From IMG/VR virus record IMGVR_UViG_3300048854_000134, positions 5,225 through 69,224 of that record: 64,000 nucleotides of DNA; one strand, 5' to 3'. The DNA comes from a virus (taxonomy: Duplodnaviria > Caudoviricetes). A program made the translations under genes and the position numbers. The notes beneath the pieces are model-generated. The model saw only the letters and a program-made list of their open reading frames with translations. It ran no database searches and was not told the DNA's origin. This document shows positions 52,987-63,209 of the stretch, piece after piece. Each line of letters begins with the position of its first letter. The stretch's first letter is position 1.

Positions 52987-53388
52987 TTATTGCCCTATGT
53001 CAAAAGCGAGCACGACCGGCTCTTTGGATTGCGCATCGATATAGCGAACGACGGTGCTCATCAGGTTTCCATCGAGCACGACGGAGATCTTCGGAGCCGG
53101 CGATGTCGCCACGGCCGCTTCCTTAAACATCTGCGACTGGATCAACGACTGCGTGCCGTCGATATCGGCGGGGCGTCCCACTTTACGAGGTATGCCGGCA
53201 CCGTAATCAGGGTGAAACGTGTAATCAGCCGATGCAATCGGATTGCCGTTGCGATCGTCGAGCGCCGGATTAGTCAAAAGCCGCCGATACACGCGCTGTT
53301 CGCCGGTCACCGTCGAATTCGCGACAAGCAGGTCACCGGTCGGCGAGACGTCGATGTCGTTGCCGAAATACTGCGAGATATCGTTCAT
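52987..53388 (-). CDS. Baseplate wedge subunit (gp25/gpW-like)
   Basis: TGDL, Q...RRLLT, HPDYGAG. Confidence 0.8.
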   Translation of the reverse strand: MNDISQYFGNDIDVSPTGDLLVANSTVTGEQRVYRRLLTNPALDDRNGNPIASADYTFHPDYGAGIPRKVGRPADIDGTQSLIQSQMFKEAAVATSPAPKISVVLDGNLMSTVVRYIDAQSKEPVVLAFDIGQ

Positions 53389-53391
53389 GGA

Positions 53392-54036
53392 TCAAACCTG
53401 CGTGTTCGGCACGTCTGTGACGATCGTGCTCGAGCCGCCCTGAACGTTCCTGACAGGGTGGCCGTGAGAGTCATAGGCAATGCGCATTGTCTTCATGGTT
53501 TGAACGTTACCGAGCGCCGTGTTGTCGGTGATGTCGCTGCCGGTCGTCAGCGTCGCGCTCGTGGTGACCGGTCCATAAAACTGATGCACCGAAGCGCTAT
53601 AGCTGGCCGTGCCGATCGCGCTCATCGCGAAATTTCGCGCGACCTGCATCTGCACGTCGCCGTTCGTCAGGAACTTGAGGTAACTGCCGCTTGCGTGTAG
53701 GGCCCATATCTCGCCGGCTGGCACTGCAGGCGCACGCGCCGACACGTTGAAGTAGCGACCCGTGATGTAGCCGGACTCGAAATCTGCCTCGGCGAACTCA
53801 ACCATCACCATGTCGCCGATGTTCGGGCCCACGAGCAATCCGAAACCGTTGCCGACGCCGAGTGCGCCGACCGGCATCCAGTTGGTCTCGACGTCTTCCG
53901 GCTGGATCCTGACCTTTACGGCGTGCGTACTGGGGTCGTAGCTGCTAATCAAGCCGATGCGTGAGTCCGCGGTCGCGCTATCGACAGCGCCAGCTATCGC
54001 CTTTTGCGCGTTCGCCAGCAGGTGATGGTTCATCAT
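53392..54036 (-). CDS. Baseplate spike (gpV-like)
   Basis: G.ISSYDP....KV.IQP...ETNW.P..P.IGD.V.V.F; C-terminal H.H. Confidence 0.85.
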   Translation of the reverse strand: MMNHHLLANAQKAIAGAVDSATADSRIGLISSYDPSTHAVKVRIQPEDVETNWMPVGALGVGNGFGLLVGPNIGDMVMVEFAEADFESGYITGRYFNVSARAPAVPAGEIWALHASGSYLKFLTNGDVQMQVARNFAMSAIGTASYSASVHQFYGPVTTSATLTTGSDITDNTALGNVQTMKTMRIAYDSHGHPVRNVQGGSSTIVTDVPNTQV

Positions 54037-55142
54037 GCTGTTGCCTGGGACTCTGGGGAGTGATTCTTTGCGGAGCACACCGATGAGTAGCCGCCGCGCA
54101 CATCCATCGAGCGCGTAATGCTCTCTGGGAAATATCGCTGATCGAACTTCGTGCCGGTACCAATAATCTGCAGCACCGCCTGCGAAGTGAGATCGTCGTC
54201 AGCGGGCGTTTCGAAATTGACCTTCATCTCGTGCTGGATCAGTTCGCGATACCACTGCTGTGCGCGCTGGTCGGCCTGCTGCTGCGTCAAGTTGTGAATC
54301 GATTTTCGGTACACCTGCGGCTGCGTGCTTGACTGCCCGGGCTTGATTGACTGTGGCTTGCCGGTTGGATAGGTCGCCGTTATCGCTTTTCCGGTTTTGC
54401 CGTTGAAGGAGCGCACGACAACCTGAATTCCGCGTGAGACTGTCAGCGCTCGCTTGAACCTGATTCGCTCGACGTTACAGGTCGCATAGCCTAGTTCATC
54501 CGGCGGCGTCCATACGATCCGATAGGGCGTCGTGTTTTCATCCGGCGCCGGCTGGAAGTGGAGCGTCTTGCCGCGCACGTACGCGCGGTAGCCTTCCTGC
54601 TGCGCGAGGTACGAAATGATGTCCCACTCCGTGCGCTCGTCAGCCATGTTGACGTGGTCGATCTCGTAGTACTTGCCAGCAAGCGTCGCGGTGGGTGTCA
54701 CCGACGCCGTCAACCCATGACTAACGGCAAGCTGTTGGGCTATCTGCGACGACGTCTGGTTCGGCCACTTCTCGGTTGTCTTCGCGTCGATAAACACACG
54801 TGTCAGGTCGCGACCAGTCACTTCGATTGTGCGCGACACGGGGTCGTAGTCGATATCGTCGACTTGTCCGTAGATCCAACTGGTGAGATCGCTCGCCGAG
54901 AATGACTCGGGATCATCCGGAAACCCGGCGAACACTTCGATGAACATATCCGTCTGTTCGCTAAACCATCCGGCGTCGCGTTCGTCAGGCAGCATCGACT
55001 CTGCGAACGTGACGCGGAATGTATCTGCGGCGAAAAAGCTGTTGTTGACGACATTGAGATCAGTCCATCCAGAGATCTGCGTTTCATTCACCTTCACGAG
55101 CCCGCGCGGTTGTCGAACGAGGGGCGTGTTGGCGTCAATCAT
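54033..55142 (-). CDS. Baseplate hub (late control D-like)
   Basis: ADTF.V, GRDLT..ID.K, ..W..L..LA..EG...G..L.F. Confidence 0.85.
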   Translation of the reverse strand: MIDANTPLVRQPRGLVKVNETQISGWTDLNVVNNSFFAADTFRVTFAESMLPDERDAGWFSEQTDMFIEVFAGFPDDPESFSASDLTSWIYGQVDDIDYDPVSRTIEVTGRDLTRVFIDAKTTEKWPNQTSSQIAQQLAVSHGLTASVTPTATLAGKYYEIDHVNMADERTEWDIISYLAQQEGYRAYVRGKTLHFQPAPDENTTPYRIVWTPPDELGYATCNVERIRFKRALTVSRGIQVVVRSFNGKTGKAITATYPTGKPQSIKPGQSSTQPQVYRKSIHNLTQQQADQRAQQWYRELIQHEMKVNFETPADDDLTSQAVLQIIGTGTKFDQRYFPESITRSMDVRGGYSSVCSAKNHSPESQATA

Positions 55143-55151
55143 GCAGTTTCT

Positions 55152-56105
55152 CTATTGGGTGAGAACCCCGCCGACGGGGTTGTTATTGGCCGGGATAACC
55201 AGCGTCGTGATGCCTGTCAGCTCAGGATCAGTAATGTTGTTCGCCTTCGCGATCGACGTCCACGACGTCGCATCCTTGTAGTACTTAGATGCGATATCGA
55301 ACAGGTTTCCGCCCGCCACCGTCACGGTCTTCACGCTCGAGTTGACCTGACCGAGGTTGGTGGCCATCCGCGCGAGCGACGAGTCGTATTTGTAAAGAAA
55401 CGTCGTCGACAGGTTGGTGTTGAGCTGCGTGGTCAGGCGTGAAACGTTCGTTGCGAGCGGGTTATTCGGCAATATCCCGCCGACAGTGACGATGTTTCTC
55501 AGCGTGTTTTCGCTGCTTGCGATCAACGTCTGGACCTGCTGCCGCGCAGCGTTCAACGGCGCGACGACAGTCTGAATCGTGCTTTGGGCCGCTTTGGCGA
55601 AGTCGGAGACTGTCGAAACCGCCATTGACAGGGTCGACGTGAGGCTGCTGAGCGTTCCATCACCGATGGAGCCGGCCAGGCCCGAGGCGGATGTCATGTC
55701 GCCGCGGATGACCGAGTCGAGATCGAAAGCACCGGTACCGCCCGGGTTCGTCTGATCCTCGGATACCTCGCATGTGATCCGGTATGGGATCCGGAAGGGC
55801 GCTTCGTACGATGCGTTGAAGTCCGAGACCACGACCAGGTATCGCAACGTGTCCCACGTCAGCACGACCGACTGGCCATCCTTGCGCCACTGGTCGAGCG
55901 ACTGGGCGCGCGCGAGTGCTGTAGACCCAAGAAACAGGCCAGACCATGACTTCGGCGCTTCGTCCGCGCCCATTGAGTCAATGACCTTTGTGCCACCGAC
56001 AAGCCGCTTGACTGCGAGCTGCTGACGCCCACCAAAAGAGATGTTCTCCGGAATTTCCAGCCCGGAGAACACAACATCGCCGAGCGTCAAGACGATGTTT
56101 GCCAT
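55152..56105 (-). CDS. Tail tube initiator with C-terminal LysM domain
   Basis: GGNLFDIASKYY.DA..W..IA.AN.I.DP. Confidence 0.82.
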   Translation of the reverse strand: MANIVLTLGDVVFSGLEIPENISFGGRQQLAVKRLVGGTKVIDSMGADEAPKSWSGLFLGSTALARAQSLDQWRKDGQSVVLTWDTLRYLVVVSDFNASYEAPFRIPYRITCEVSEDQTNPGGTGAFDLDSVIRGDMTSASGLAGSIGDGTLSSLTSTLSMAVSTVSDFAKAAQSTIQTVVAPLNAARQQVQTLIASSENTLRNIVTVGGILPNNPLATNVSRLTTQLNTNLSTTFLYKYDSSLARMATNLGQVNSSVKTVTVAGGNLFDIASKYYKDATSWTSIAKANNITDPELTGITTLVIPANNNPVGGVLTQ

Positions 56106-56110
56106 CGCTA

Positions 56111-58138
56111 TTACCACCGTTTCAAGGTTTGGGGCGTTTGTTGCATGCCCGGATCGAACATCCCACTACCCAGCGGCGCGGACAGTGCGCGTGCCTGATG
56201 GCCGGAGACAACGTCGGCTATCACGCGCCCGTCAAGGTGCACGGGAACGTGAACCGTGGTGTTCGGACTTGCGGGCGTAGCGACAGGGTTTGGCGTGTCC
56301 TTGTCGTTACCGTTCGCCCAGTTCCATGTTGCTTTGACCTTGCTCCAGAAGCCGGGCTGCGCTTGCACTTCGGCGATGCCACGATCCTGAGACGCAGTGA
56401 ACGCAGACAGTTGCCGGAAGAATGCGGTACCGGCCGTCAGCACCGCCGTGGCGCCAGGCAATACCGACTCGCCGAACACTGTCTTGAACGTATTCCACGC
56501 CGCTTCGAACTCGCGCTGCTTCCCTTCGTACGTTTTGTCGCCGATTGCTTTGCCCTGATCGATGTTGAGCGCCTTCGCCGACATCTCTTCTCCTTTCCGG
56601 ATGGTCGGCAGTTGCTGATAGATCGTCGAGAACAGGTTTGATGCGGTCCGGTTCGAGAAGATCATGCCGATCTCGCGCAGCACATCAGACTCTTTCGTGA
56701 TGCCTTTCGCTGTGAACGCAGGCAGCAGGACTTTCTCGAGATAATCGACCGGCGACGACTGCAACATGTCGGTGCCTTTCAGCGCGCCCGGCTTGATCTG
56801 CTTGATCGATCCCATCTGGTTGAAAACGACACCGCTTTTGTCGAGCAGATCAAGCCGCATCAACTCGGCCGCCGACGTTTTCGCGAGACGCCCCAAAACT
56901 AGGTTCGAGTACGACGACATCAGCGCGGTACCAACCCGGTTGCCGCCCATTTCCTGAATGATCGGCTCGAGCTCGTAATAGATTGCTTTGTTGGACAAGC
57001 TTTTCGCCGCAACGCCGCCCGTCTTGATCATGTTCAAGTACTGCGTCGCGTCGACACGGCCGCCAGACGTCGACAGCACCTGAAAGATCATGTTCGCCTG
57101 ATTCTTAAACTCGGCTGGGTTGTTCAGACCCTTGCGAAGTTCGATGACACGAAGCATGTCCATGAACTTCGCTTCGGTCTCAGCGCCGCCTTCCTTCCCA
57201 TACAGCGACTCGGCGGCAAACTTCATGTCGGACAGTAGCGGCGTGACCATCTTTGCATGGTCAAGCGTGCCGGAGTCGCGGAAAACGGTCTGCGCATCCT
57301 TGAACAGCGTCATGTTCTCGGTAAGGCTCGTGCCGATCGTATTCATGCCGCGAACGAACTTCACTGCCTCGGCGTTCATCTGATCGCCAAGTCCGAGCGC
57401 CTGGAAGCGTGCGATTTCTGTCTGCAATTCGCCCGCGGCGTGTGCGCCGGCGGACACCGCTGCGTACCCAACGTATCCAGCGGCAAGAGGAGCGAGCAAT
57501 CCAGCACTCAAACCCAATCCAACGCCGCCCAGCCCAATGCCACCGGCGCCGATGTGAGCATTGCCACCATGCAATCCGCCGCCATGGCCGCCTCGTCCAC
57601 CACCGCCACCACCTCGGCCGCCACCGCCGCCACCGCGCGGAATGGGAGGCATGCGCGGCATTGCGCCGCCAGCAAGCACGACCTGCTGCAAGTGAGACGC
57701 GAGTGTGCCGGCGCGAAGGCTCGCTGCGGTCAAGTGTCGCGCCATCGCCTCAATGGCGTTTCCGGCGGCACGCAGTCCGGGCACTTCTGCACTGATACCC
57801 TTCAGTTCAGCGTTTAAAGCGGTCGCCGAACTGGTCGCGCGCTGAAACTCGCCATGCACCGATTTCAGGGCGCTGACCGATTTGCCGGCGTTGACGCCGC
57901 CCAGACCGGCGCTGAACTTCGCGGCGCTCTTTTCGGCGAGCAGCATGTCGCGCTGGAGCGCGCGCGTCGCGGTCGCTGCCTGACGGATTCCCGTCGCTTG
58001 TGCGCCCAGCATCCGCAGGTTCTTGTTCACCGCAGCCGACGAGCGCTCGACGCGATCGAACAGCTTTGCCAGTTCGAGCAACCGCGGGCCCGCGAGGTCG
58101 CGAATCTCCAGCGTACTGCCTACCTTGAAGGCTTCCAT
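56111..58138 (-). CDS. Tape measure protein
   Basis: 675 aa, Ala/Gly-rich helical; canonical position. Confidence 0.85.
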   Translation of the reverse strand: MEAFKVGSTLEIRDLAGPRLLELAKLFDRVERSSAAVNKNLRMLGAQATGIRQAATATRALQRDMLLAEKSAAKFSAGLGGVNAGKSVSALKSVHGEFQRATSSATALNAELKGISAEVPGLRAAGNAIEAMARHLTAASLRAGTLASHLQQVVLAGGAMPRMPPIPRGGGGGGRGGGGGGRGGHGGGLHGGNAHIGAGGIGLGGVGLGLSAGLLAPLAAGYVGYAAVSAGAHAAGELQTEIARFQALGLGDQMNAEAVKFVRGMNTIGTSLTENMTLFKDAQTVFRDSGTLDHAKMVTPLLSDMKFAAESLYGKEGGAETEAKFMDMLRVIELRKGLNNPAEFKNQANMIFQVLSTSGGRVDATQYLNMIKTGGVAAKSLSNKAIYYELEPIIQEMGGNRVGTALMSSYSNLVLGRLAKTSAAELMRLDLLDKSGVVFNQMGSIKQIKPGALKGTDMLQSSPVDYLEKVLLPAFTAKGITKESDVLREIGMIFSNRTASNLFSTIYQQLPTIRKGEEMSAKALNIDQGKAIGDKTYEGKQREFEAAWNTFKTVFGESVLPGATAVLTAGTAFFRQLSAFTASQDRGIAEVQAQPGFWSKVKATWNWANGNDKDTPNPVATPASPNTTVHVPVHLDGRVIADVVSGHQARALSAPLGSGMFDPGMQQTPQTLKRW

Positions 58139-58141
58139 TTA

Positions 58142-58630
58142 TCACTCTGCTTTGATTGGTCGCTTCCAGGCACCTCCGGCGAGGAACGTGCTCACGGTCA
58201 AACCGGCGATGTGCTCGATGTCCTTGAGACTTCCATACATGGCCGGTCCGAGGACGGGGCGGGGAGGCATCTTTTCGGTACCGAACTCGTGGTAGACCAT
58301 CTTCATGTCGTCGGTGCCTACAACGACAGTCGCGCCAAGGAATCCGGACTGGACCACGTGCTTGATGCTGTCACGCATCGCGCCGCTGGCCTCAAGCGGT
58401 GCATTGGCTGGATAGCCCATGCGCGCCTTATGCTCTTCGGTGCTGGGCTTGAGCTGCGCCCACGCCGTCCACTGATCGAGACGCGGTTGATAGTGACCGA
58501 TAATGCCTTTCGCGCGAGCTTCTACCAGCACGCCGGCGAGTTCCGCGATGTGAGCGGTCACCTCGTGACTTTCTAGAGCCAGGCGGCGCAGGTAGTTCGC
58601 CGCACCGCCAAAGGTTTTGAACGTCTTCAC
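58142..58630 (-). CDS. HK97 gp10-like / virion morphogenesis protein
   Basis: SG.MRDSI..VG.......EFGT.KMPPRP.L.PA. Confidence 0.75.
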   Translation of the reverse strand: MKTFKTFGGAANYLRRLALESHEVTAHIAELAGVLVEARAKGIIGHYQPRLDQWTAWAQLKPSTEEHKARMGYPANAPLEASGAMRDSIKHVVQSGFLGATVVVGTDDMKMVYHEFGTEKMPPRPVLGPAMYGSLKDIEHIAGLTVSTFLAGGAWKRPIKAE

Positions 58631-58806
58631 GTCGACCTCTGCACGAACTTACCAGTGTGCCAATCAAACTGCTGCTGACCGCCTTGCTCAGAGACGATGA
58701 CCGACCACGCAAACGCCCGTGTTTCGTCGATACCGAACGCGACATCGAACGGAATACCGTGCCGACACAGCCACAGCCCGCGACGCTGGGCCGGGTCGGC
58801 CGCTAT
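58627..58806 (-). CDS. T segment of the G-T tail assembly chaperone (-1 frame)
   Basis: IAADPAQRRGLWLCRHGIPFDVAF...FDW..; no own start; reached via A AAA AAA at 58812-58806. Confidence 0.75.
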   Translation of the reverse strand: MAADPAQRRGLWLCRHGIPFDVAFGIDETRAFAWSVIVSEQGGQQQFDWHTGKFVQRST

Positions 58807-59210
58807 TTTTTTGCGGCGTCGATGTCGAGACCGAAGTCGCTCTTGAAGTGCTCCGCCAGGCCGACCGCGAGCGCGTCCATGCCTTCCTCATCAAGGCGCT
58901 GATAGAGGATTTCCATCTCAGGCTTGGAGATCGGGGTCGTGACGATGTTGCCTTCGAGCGCACAGACGTACATCAGCTGGCTCATGATGCCGGTCCAGAG
59001 GCGATTGGACGATGACTCGCCGAGCGCCTCGATAAAGCGGATGCGAGCGAGCGGTGAGGGCTTCTTCAAGCCGATCACGCGCCCGCGCGAGTCCGTCACT
59101 TCAAACACCTGATTCGCTTGCCGCACGATCTCTTTCGAGGGCGTGAGCACTTCGTTTTCGCCTTTGTTTGCAGTGTCCGACTGCGGCTTTACGGTAACTC
59201 GTTGGTTCAT
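58803..59210 (-). CDS. Tail assembly chaperone G
   Basis: Between tube and tape measure; ends GCA AAA AAA TAG. Confidence 0.85.
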   Translation of the reverse strand: MNQRVTVKPQSDTANKGENEVLTPSKEIVRQANQVFEVTDSRGRVIGLKKPSPLARIRFIEALGESSSNRLWTGIMSQLMYVCALEGNIVTTPISKPEMEILYQRLDEEGMDALAVGLAEHFKSDFGLDIDAAKK

Positions 59211-59214
59211 GTTT

Positions 59215-59646
59215 TTAGCTCAGTTTGATCCGGCGTTCAGCGATCCACGTGAGGCGCTGCGTGACGGTGTCGTCACCAGCCCACTTGCCTGCGTTTTCGT
59301 ACTTGAAGCTGACGTTAGTGAACTGGTACTGCGACTGCGATCCGTCAGGCTCAGCGATCGACTCGGTGATGACGCCGGTACCGACGTCCAGACCGGCGAA
59401 ATAGTCGGCCTCCCATCCAGCGAAATAATCATCGACGATGCTGTTTTGCCGCTCCAGATCAAAGCCGCCCGACCAGCCATCGGGAAACACGACATTGCGT
59501 ACACGCCCGTCGATTCCTTTGACCTTCTTTTCCGTCGTGTCCTGCTTGGCTTCAAAGCCTGTCACGAGCGTTGGTTGAAGCGCGCCATTCGTCGTGCTGA
59601 TGCTCACGGACAGGTCGCGCGATACAGAAAAGCCATTGTTCGGCAT
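59215..59646 (-). CDS. Tail tube protein
   Basis: 143 aa directly after the sheath gene. Confidence 0.85.
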   Translation of the reverse strand: MPNNGFSVSRDLSVSISTTNGALQPTLVTGFEAKQDTTEKKVKGIDGRVRNVVFPDGWSGGFDLERQNSIVDDYFAGWEADYFAGLDVGTGVITESIAEPDGSQSQYQFTNVSFKYENAGKWAGDDTVTQRLTWIAERRIKLS

Positions 59647-59682
59647 TTAGTTGCTCCTGATAGCCCCCGCAGGGGCCGTGTA

Positions 59683-61224
59683 TCACTGGACCGTGACCGA
59701 AACCGACTGACCGCCCTCGAGGGTAATCAGGAATTCGCGGACGATGGACAAGTACTTGACCTTGGCGTACGCCTGCATCACCCCCAACGCCACCTGCGAC
59801 GGCGGGTTGTTGGTGCTGTCCAGCGTGACCAAGAACGGCGGCTTTGACGGGTTGTTCGGGTCACCGATAAAGCCGGCGTCCCAGTTGTCCGTCAGGAAAG
59901 CATTCATCTTCGCCCGCGTATCGGTGCGCAACTCATCGGTTTGCGGCTTACCGATCGCATCTCCCATCGCGTTCTGGAACGACAACGCGAGGAAGTTGGT
60001 CATCGTCGTGTACGCCTCGCTGTTCGTCGCCGTGCTGCTCGACGCGTTGCGGTCGGTCTGGAAGCCAAAGTAGTTGCCCCCAGCAGACGGGTTTCCGAGG
60101 AAGTCCAGGCGCGCCTGCGCGATCGCAGCGAGTTCCGGATTGCTGTACGGAACCTTCGCAAGCGTGCGCTGAGTGCCGGCCACACCCGAGACGTTCTTGT
60201 TCAACGTCGATTCGTTTGGATTGAGCGTCGCGCGCATTGCAGCCCAGAACGTGGCCGGGGAAAGCAGACGCATTTGCCCGTTGATCGTGTCGTTCCAGTA
60301 CACCCAGTCGCCGACCAGCACCTTGAGGCCGTAGGTATCGGCGCCCGCGGTGTTGAGCGCGGTAGAGACGGCCGTGTACGACTGGCCAACCGAACCGGCT
60401 TCGCCGAAGAAGATACCTTCCTGCATCGCGAACGGCTGGATCGTGTTCCACGCCGTCGGATCGGTGTGATCGACGAGCGCCGCGGTCATAACGCCAGATC
60501 CGCGAAGCGCATACATCCCGGTGCGGGTGGTGCTCGTGCCATCGGCGCCGATCTGCATAGCGTCGGTCACGCTCGCATCGCCGTCGGTACCTCCAGCAAA
60601 CGTCACCGTGGCCGTCAAGTTTGGCGCGACAGCCGACGCCCCGATCGTTGCGACGGCAAGTTGCGACGGACCGCGCTGATTCGAAATGCCGTTGTTGACT
60701 GCGGAGACAAGCGCGGCCCACAACGCGGCGCCGGTTCCGACAATGTTGTCGTAGACCTCGGGCGTGAAACCCGGACGCGAGATCGTCAGCTTCGTGGTGC
60801 TCGCCTTGCTGCCCGCCGTAAGCGCGGCCGTCAGCGTGTTGCCGACGATGCCCGTGTAAAAGGCCGTCAGGGTGGCGCCGGTAGCGGCCGCTGTGTCTTT
60901 CAGGAGGGCGGTTGCTGCCACATCAGTGCCGTCCGTGATGCGTACGCTCTGGACGTTGTTCGCACCCAGCATGTTGGCGATCGCCAGTGCCGTTGCAAGA
61001 TCACGCTTGCGCACGGTTTGCGGTCCGAGATTGTTTTGCGCGTCGCCTGTCGAGCCGCTGAGCACGGGGCTGTTGACCGGGCCCCACGATGCCACGCCAA
61101 CATAGCCCAGAGCGTTGGTCTGAACGCCCTGAATGTACGACGTCGACGGCTGCGCGATCTGCGTGTAGACGCCAGGCGCATACATCGCCAGCGGGTTGAT
61201 CTGTCCTGCCTGATAAATCGTCAT
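59683..61224 (-). CDS. Contractile tail sheath protein
   Basis: PGVY, G.ASWGP.N.P, VR..DGTD, F.GGTDG, V..L......F.I. Confidence 0.92.
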   Translation of the reverse strand: MTIYQAGQINPLAMYAPGVYTQIAQPSTSYIQGVQTNALGYVGVASWGPVNSPVLSGSTGDAQNNLGPQTVRKRDLATALAIANMLGANNVQSVRITDGTDVAATALLKDTAAATGATLTAFYTGIVGNTLTAALTAGSKASTTKLTISRPGFTPEVYDNIVGTGAALWAALVSAVNNGISNQRGPSQLAVATIGASAVAPNLTATVTFAGGTDGDASVTDAMQIGADGTSTTRTGMYALRGSGVMTAALVDHTDPTAWNTIQPFAMQEGIFFGEAGSVGQSYTAVSTALNTAGADTYGLKVLVGDWVYWNDTINGQMRLLSPATFWAAMRATLNPNESTLNKNVSGVAGTQRTLAKVPYSNPELAAIAQARLDFLGNPSAGGNYFGFQTDRNASSSTATNSEAYTTMTNFLALSFQNAMGDAIGKPQTDELRTDTRAKMNAFLTDNWDAGFIGDPNNPSKPPFLVTLDSTNNPPSQVALGVMQAYAKVKYLSIVREFLITLEGGQSVSVTVQ

Positions 61225-61284
61225 TCCGACGCTCCAAATGAAAAAAGCCGCCCGAAGGCGGCTCCTGCTGATCGTGCTGCGCGC

Positions 61285-61461
61285 TTATTGCTGCGCGGCG
61301 ACTCGGTTCACGCTTTTGACGTTTTCGCTGTCGAGCACCTTCGCAATCTCGTCGGCATCCGTAATGCGCTGGCCGCGCTCGTAATCGCCGAAGGGGTGCA
61401 CGACCGTCAGCTCGAAAGCGGTCTTGGTCGGCTTGGCGTCGGGTTTGTTCGTATCGTCCAT
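61285..61461 (-). CDS. 58-aa hypothetical structural-region protein
   Basis: Manually translated; GAGG RBS; LTVVHPFGDY.RG..ITD. Confidence 0.65.
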   Translation of the reverse strand: MDDTNKPDAKPTKTAFELTVVHPFGDYERGQRITDADEIAKVLDSENVKSVNRVAAQQ

Positions 61462-61469
61462 GGACTGCC

Positions 61470-62321
61470 TCAGTAGTGTTTGATCGAAATGGTGACGCCG
61501 GTAACCGGATCCTGACGAACGACCTTGCCGTCCACCACAACCGCGGCTTGCTCGAGCTGCGTTGTCGCGTATTCCACGAAATAGCGGAGGTCGCGCCGAT
61601 ACAAGTGCGCTTTTTCCAGCATGTCCGTCATCGGCGTGTCGTGGTACATCAGCCGCGCGGCGGATCCATCGGGCATCGCGAGGAACGCGATATCGGCGAA
61701 CGCGACATCAAGCGCACTGGCGACTCTCGTGCGTAGATCCGGCGTCGGCGCCCACACGGTGATCTGTACAAGCCGCTGCTGCCGTTTCAATTCACGTGAG
61801 GCGGTGGCGACCGTACCGCCGCGCGTGACGATCTCGGCGCCGTGGAACGACTGGCCCATTGTGATGGTGCCGCCGACGCTGCTTGTGCCCGGATAGTCGA
61901 CTGCCAGCAGCGATGCGATCGCCGCGGCGATGGAGGTGAGCGTATCGGACGGCTGAACGGGGTACAGATACGCGACGTTGCTGATCAGCACTGCGAGGTT
62001 ATGCGAGACGAACGGCGCCGGCACCTGACCGCTGACCACGATCAGATTCGCACTCGCTGTCAGAAAGATCGACTGCGGCTGTGCTTCCCCAGACTGCCAT
62101 TTGCGCAGGTAACGCGTGCGGTTCGATTCGACGGCGGTAGGGAAGACGCTCACATTGACTTTGCCGGCCTTCAGGTCGCTGTCCAGATTGGCTGCGACTG
62201 GCCAACCGGGATAGGCGCGCACGGCGGTGCCGACGGCTGACTGCGCGCCGGTACCGTTCGGGTACATCAGCCCGGTAACCAGCGACGCGAGCACGTCAAG
62301 CACGTCGGAAATGTCAGCCAT
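61470..62321 (-). CDS. Tail terminator/neck protein
   Basis: MAD.SDV..; YP....GWP....L..DL..GK..VSVFP; position before the sheath gene. Confidence 0.75.
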   Translation of the reverse strand: MADISDVLDVLASLVTGLMYPNGTGAQSAVGTAVRAYPGWPVAANLDSDLKAGKVNVSVFPTAVESNRTRYLRKWQSGEAQPQSIFLTASANLIVVSGQVPAPFVSHNLAVLISNVAYLYPVQPSDTLTSIAAAIASLLAVDYPGTSSVGGTITMGQSFHGAEIVTRGGTVATASRELKRQQRLVQITVWAPTPDLRTRVASALDVAFADIAFLAMPDGSAARLMYHDTPMTDMLEKAHLYRRDLRYFVEYATTQLEQAAVVVDGKVVRQDPVTGVTISIKHY

Positions 62322-62505
62322 CTGTCTCGCCCACCACGTCAAGGTCGACGTTCATATAGGTCAGCGTGGCGCAACCTACGCGCTTCTCGCTGTCGATCGA
62401 CCATTCGATCTTCATGAGCGTGCCTTTGATCTCGGTACCGTCGGCGTCGAACACCTTTGTACCCGGGGCAGTCCCGTCGCTGACGATTCGAATCTTTTTC
62501 ATCAC
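62314..62505 (-). CDS. Hypothetical protein
   Basis: 63-aa coupled ORF. Confidence 0.6.
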   Translation of the reverse strand: MMKKIRIVSDGTAPGTKVFDADGTEIKGTLMKIEWSIDSEKRVGCATLTYMNVDLDVVGETDG

Positions 62506-62843
62506 GTCTCCAGCCGCTCGACAAGCGCGTTATAGCCCAGCGAGTTCCAGTAGGGTGCCAGCACCTGATAGCGCACGCCGAGATCGTCCGTGATCACGTC
62601 GCGGGCCTGCAGCAGACCGTTTTCGCGGCGGAACAGCACGCGCCAGAGGGTCGCCTTGCCGTCAGACGGCAGGCCGGTGGCGTTGTTTTGCCCTTGGCGG
62701 TCGAGCTGGATGCTCGCTCGGATGTCTTTCGCAACCGGTGTTTCCGCAACTGGATCAAGCCCGCTATAGGCCGGCGTCAAACTCGGCTCGTCGGCGACCG
62801 CAGGACGGCTGATCGCGATCACGCGCGGATAAAGGAAGCTCAT
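62502..62843 (-). CDS. Head closure/stopper-like protein
   Basis: Position after the connector; D.ITDD.G.RY.V. Confidence 0.7.
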   Translation of the reverse strand: MSFLYPRVIAISRPAVADEPSLTPAYSGLDPVAETPVAKDIRASIQLDRQGQNNATGLPSDGKATLWRVLFRRENGLLQARDVITDDLGVRYQVLAPYWNSLGYNALVERLET

Positions 62844-63205
62844 ACGGCGAAGATTCCTGCGCCCACACTGCGGCGAAGTTGAAGAAAATATTGCCCGTAA
62901 GCTGATCCAAGATACGAATCACCAGTGAGCCGGGCCAAAGCGACCTTATCCGAGTACTGGATGGTCGTGTCACCGGCTTTGAGTACTACCGCACCTATTT
63001 CGTCAGGACTCTGTGCTGCGGTCGCGGCGTTTTGCTGTCCGGAAAACAGCTGGTGCGCCACCCAGTACGCTACGCCATCGTCAGCCAGCGCGCCCCAGAC
63101 GGTCGAATCGACGTAGACCGCCGACTTATTGATCCAGTACTGGATTCGCTGCGGCGGAACGTTGGCGAACTCCGGAAACTGAAGAATGAAGTCGTCGGGC
63201 GTCAT
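62840..63205 (-). CDS. Head-tail connector (DUF4054-like)
   Basis: F...FPEF..VP..I..W...W......Y.VAH.L..YG. Confidence 0.8.
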   Translation of the reverse strand: MTPDDFILQFPEFANVPPQRIQYWINKSAVYVDSTVWGALADDGVAYWVAHQLFSGQQNAATAAQSPDEIGAVVLKAGDTTIQYSDKVALARLTGDSYLGSAYGQYFLQLRRSVGAGIFAV

Positions 63206-63209
63206 GGGC

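Noticed and set aside
59941-61476. 511-aa plus-strand ORF
   Set aside because: Antisense shadow of the sheath gene; typical of high-GC DNA
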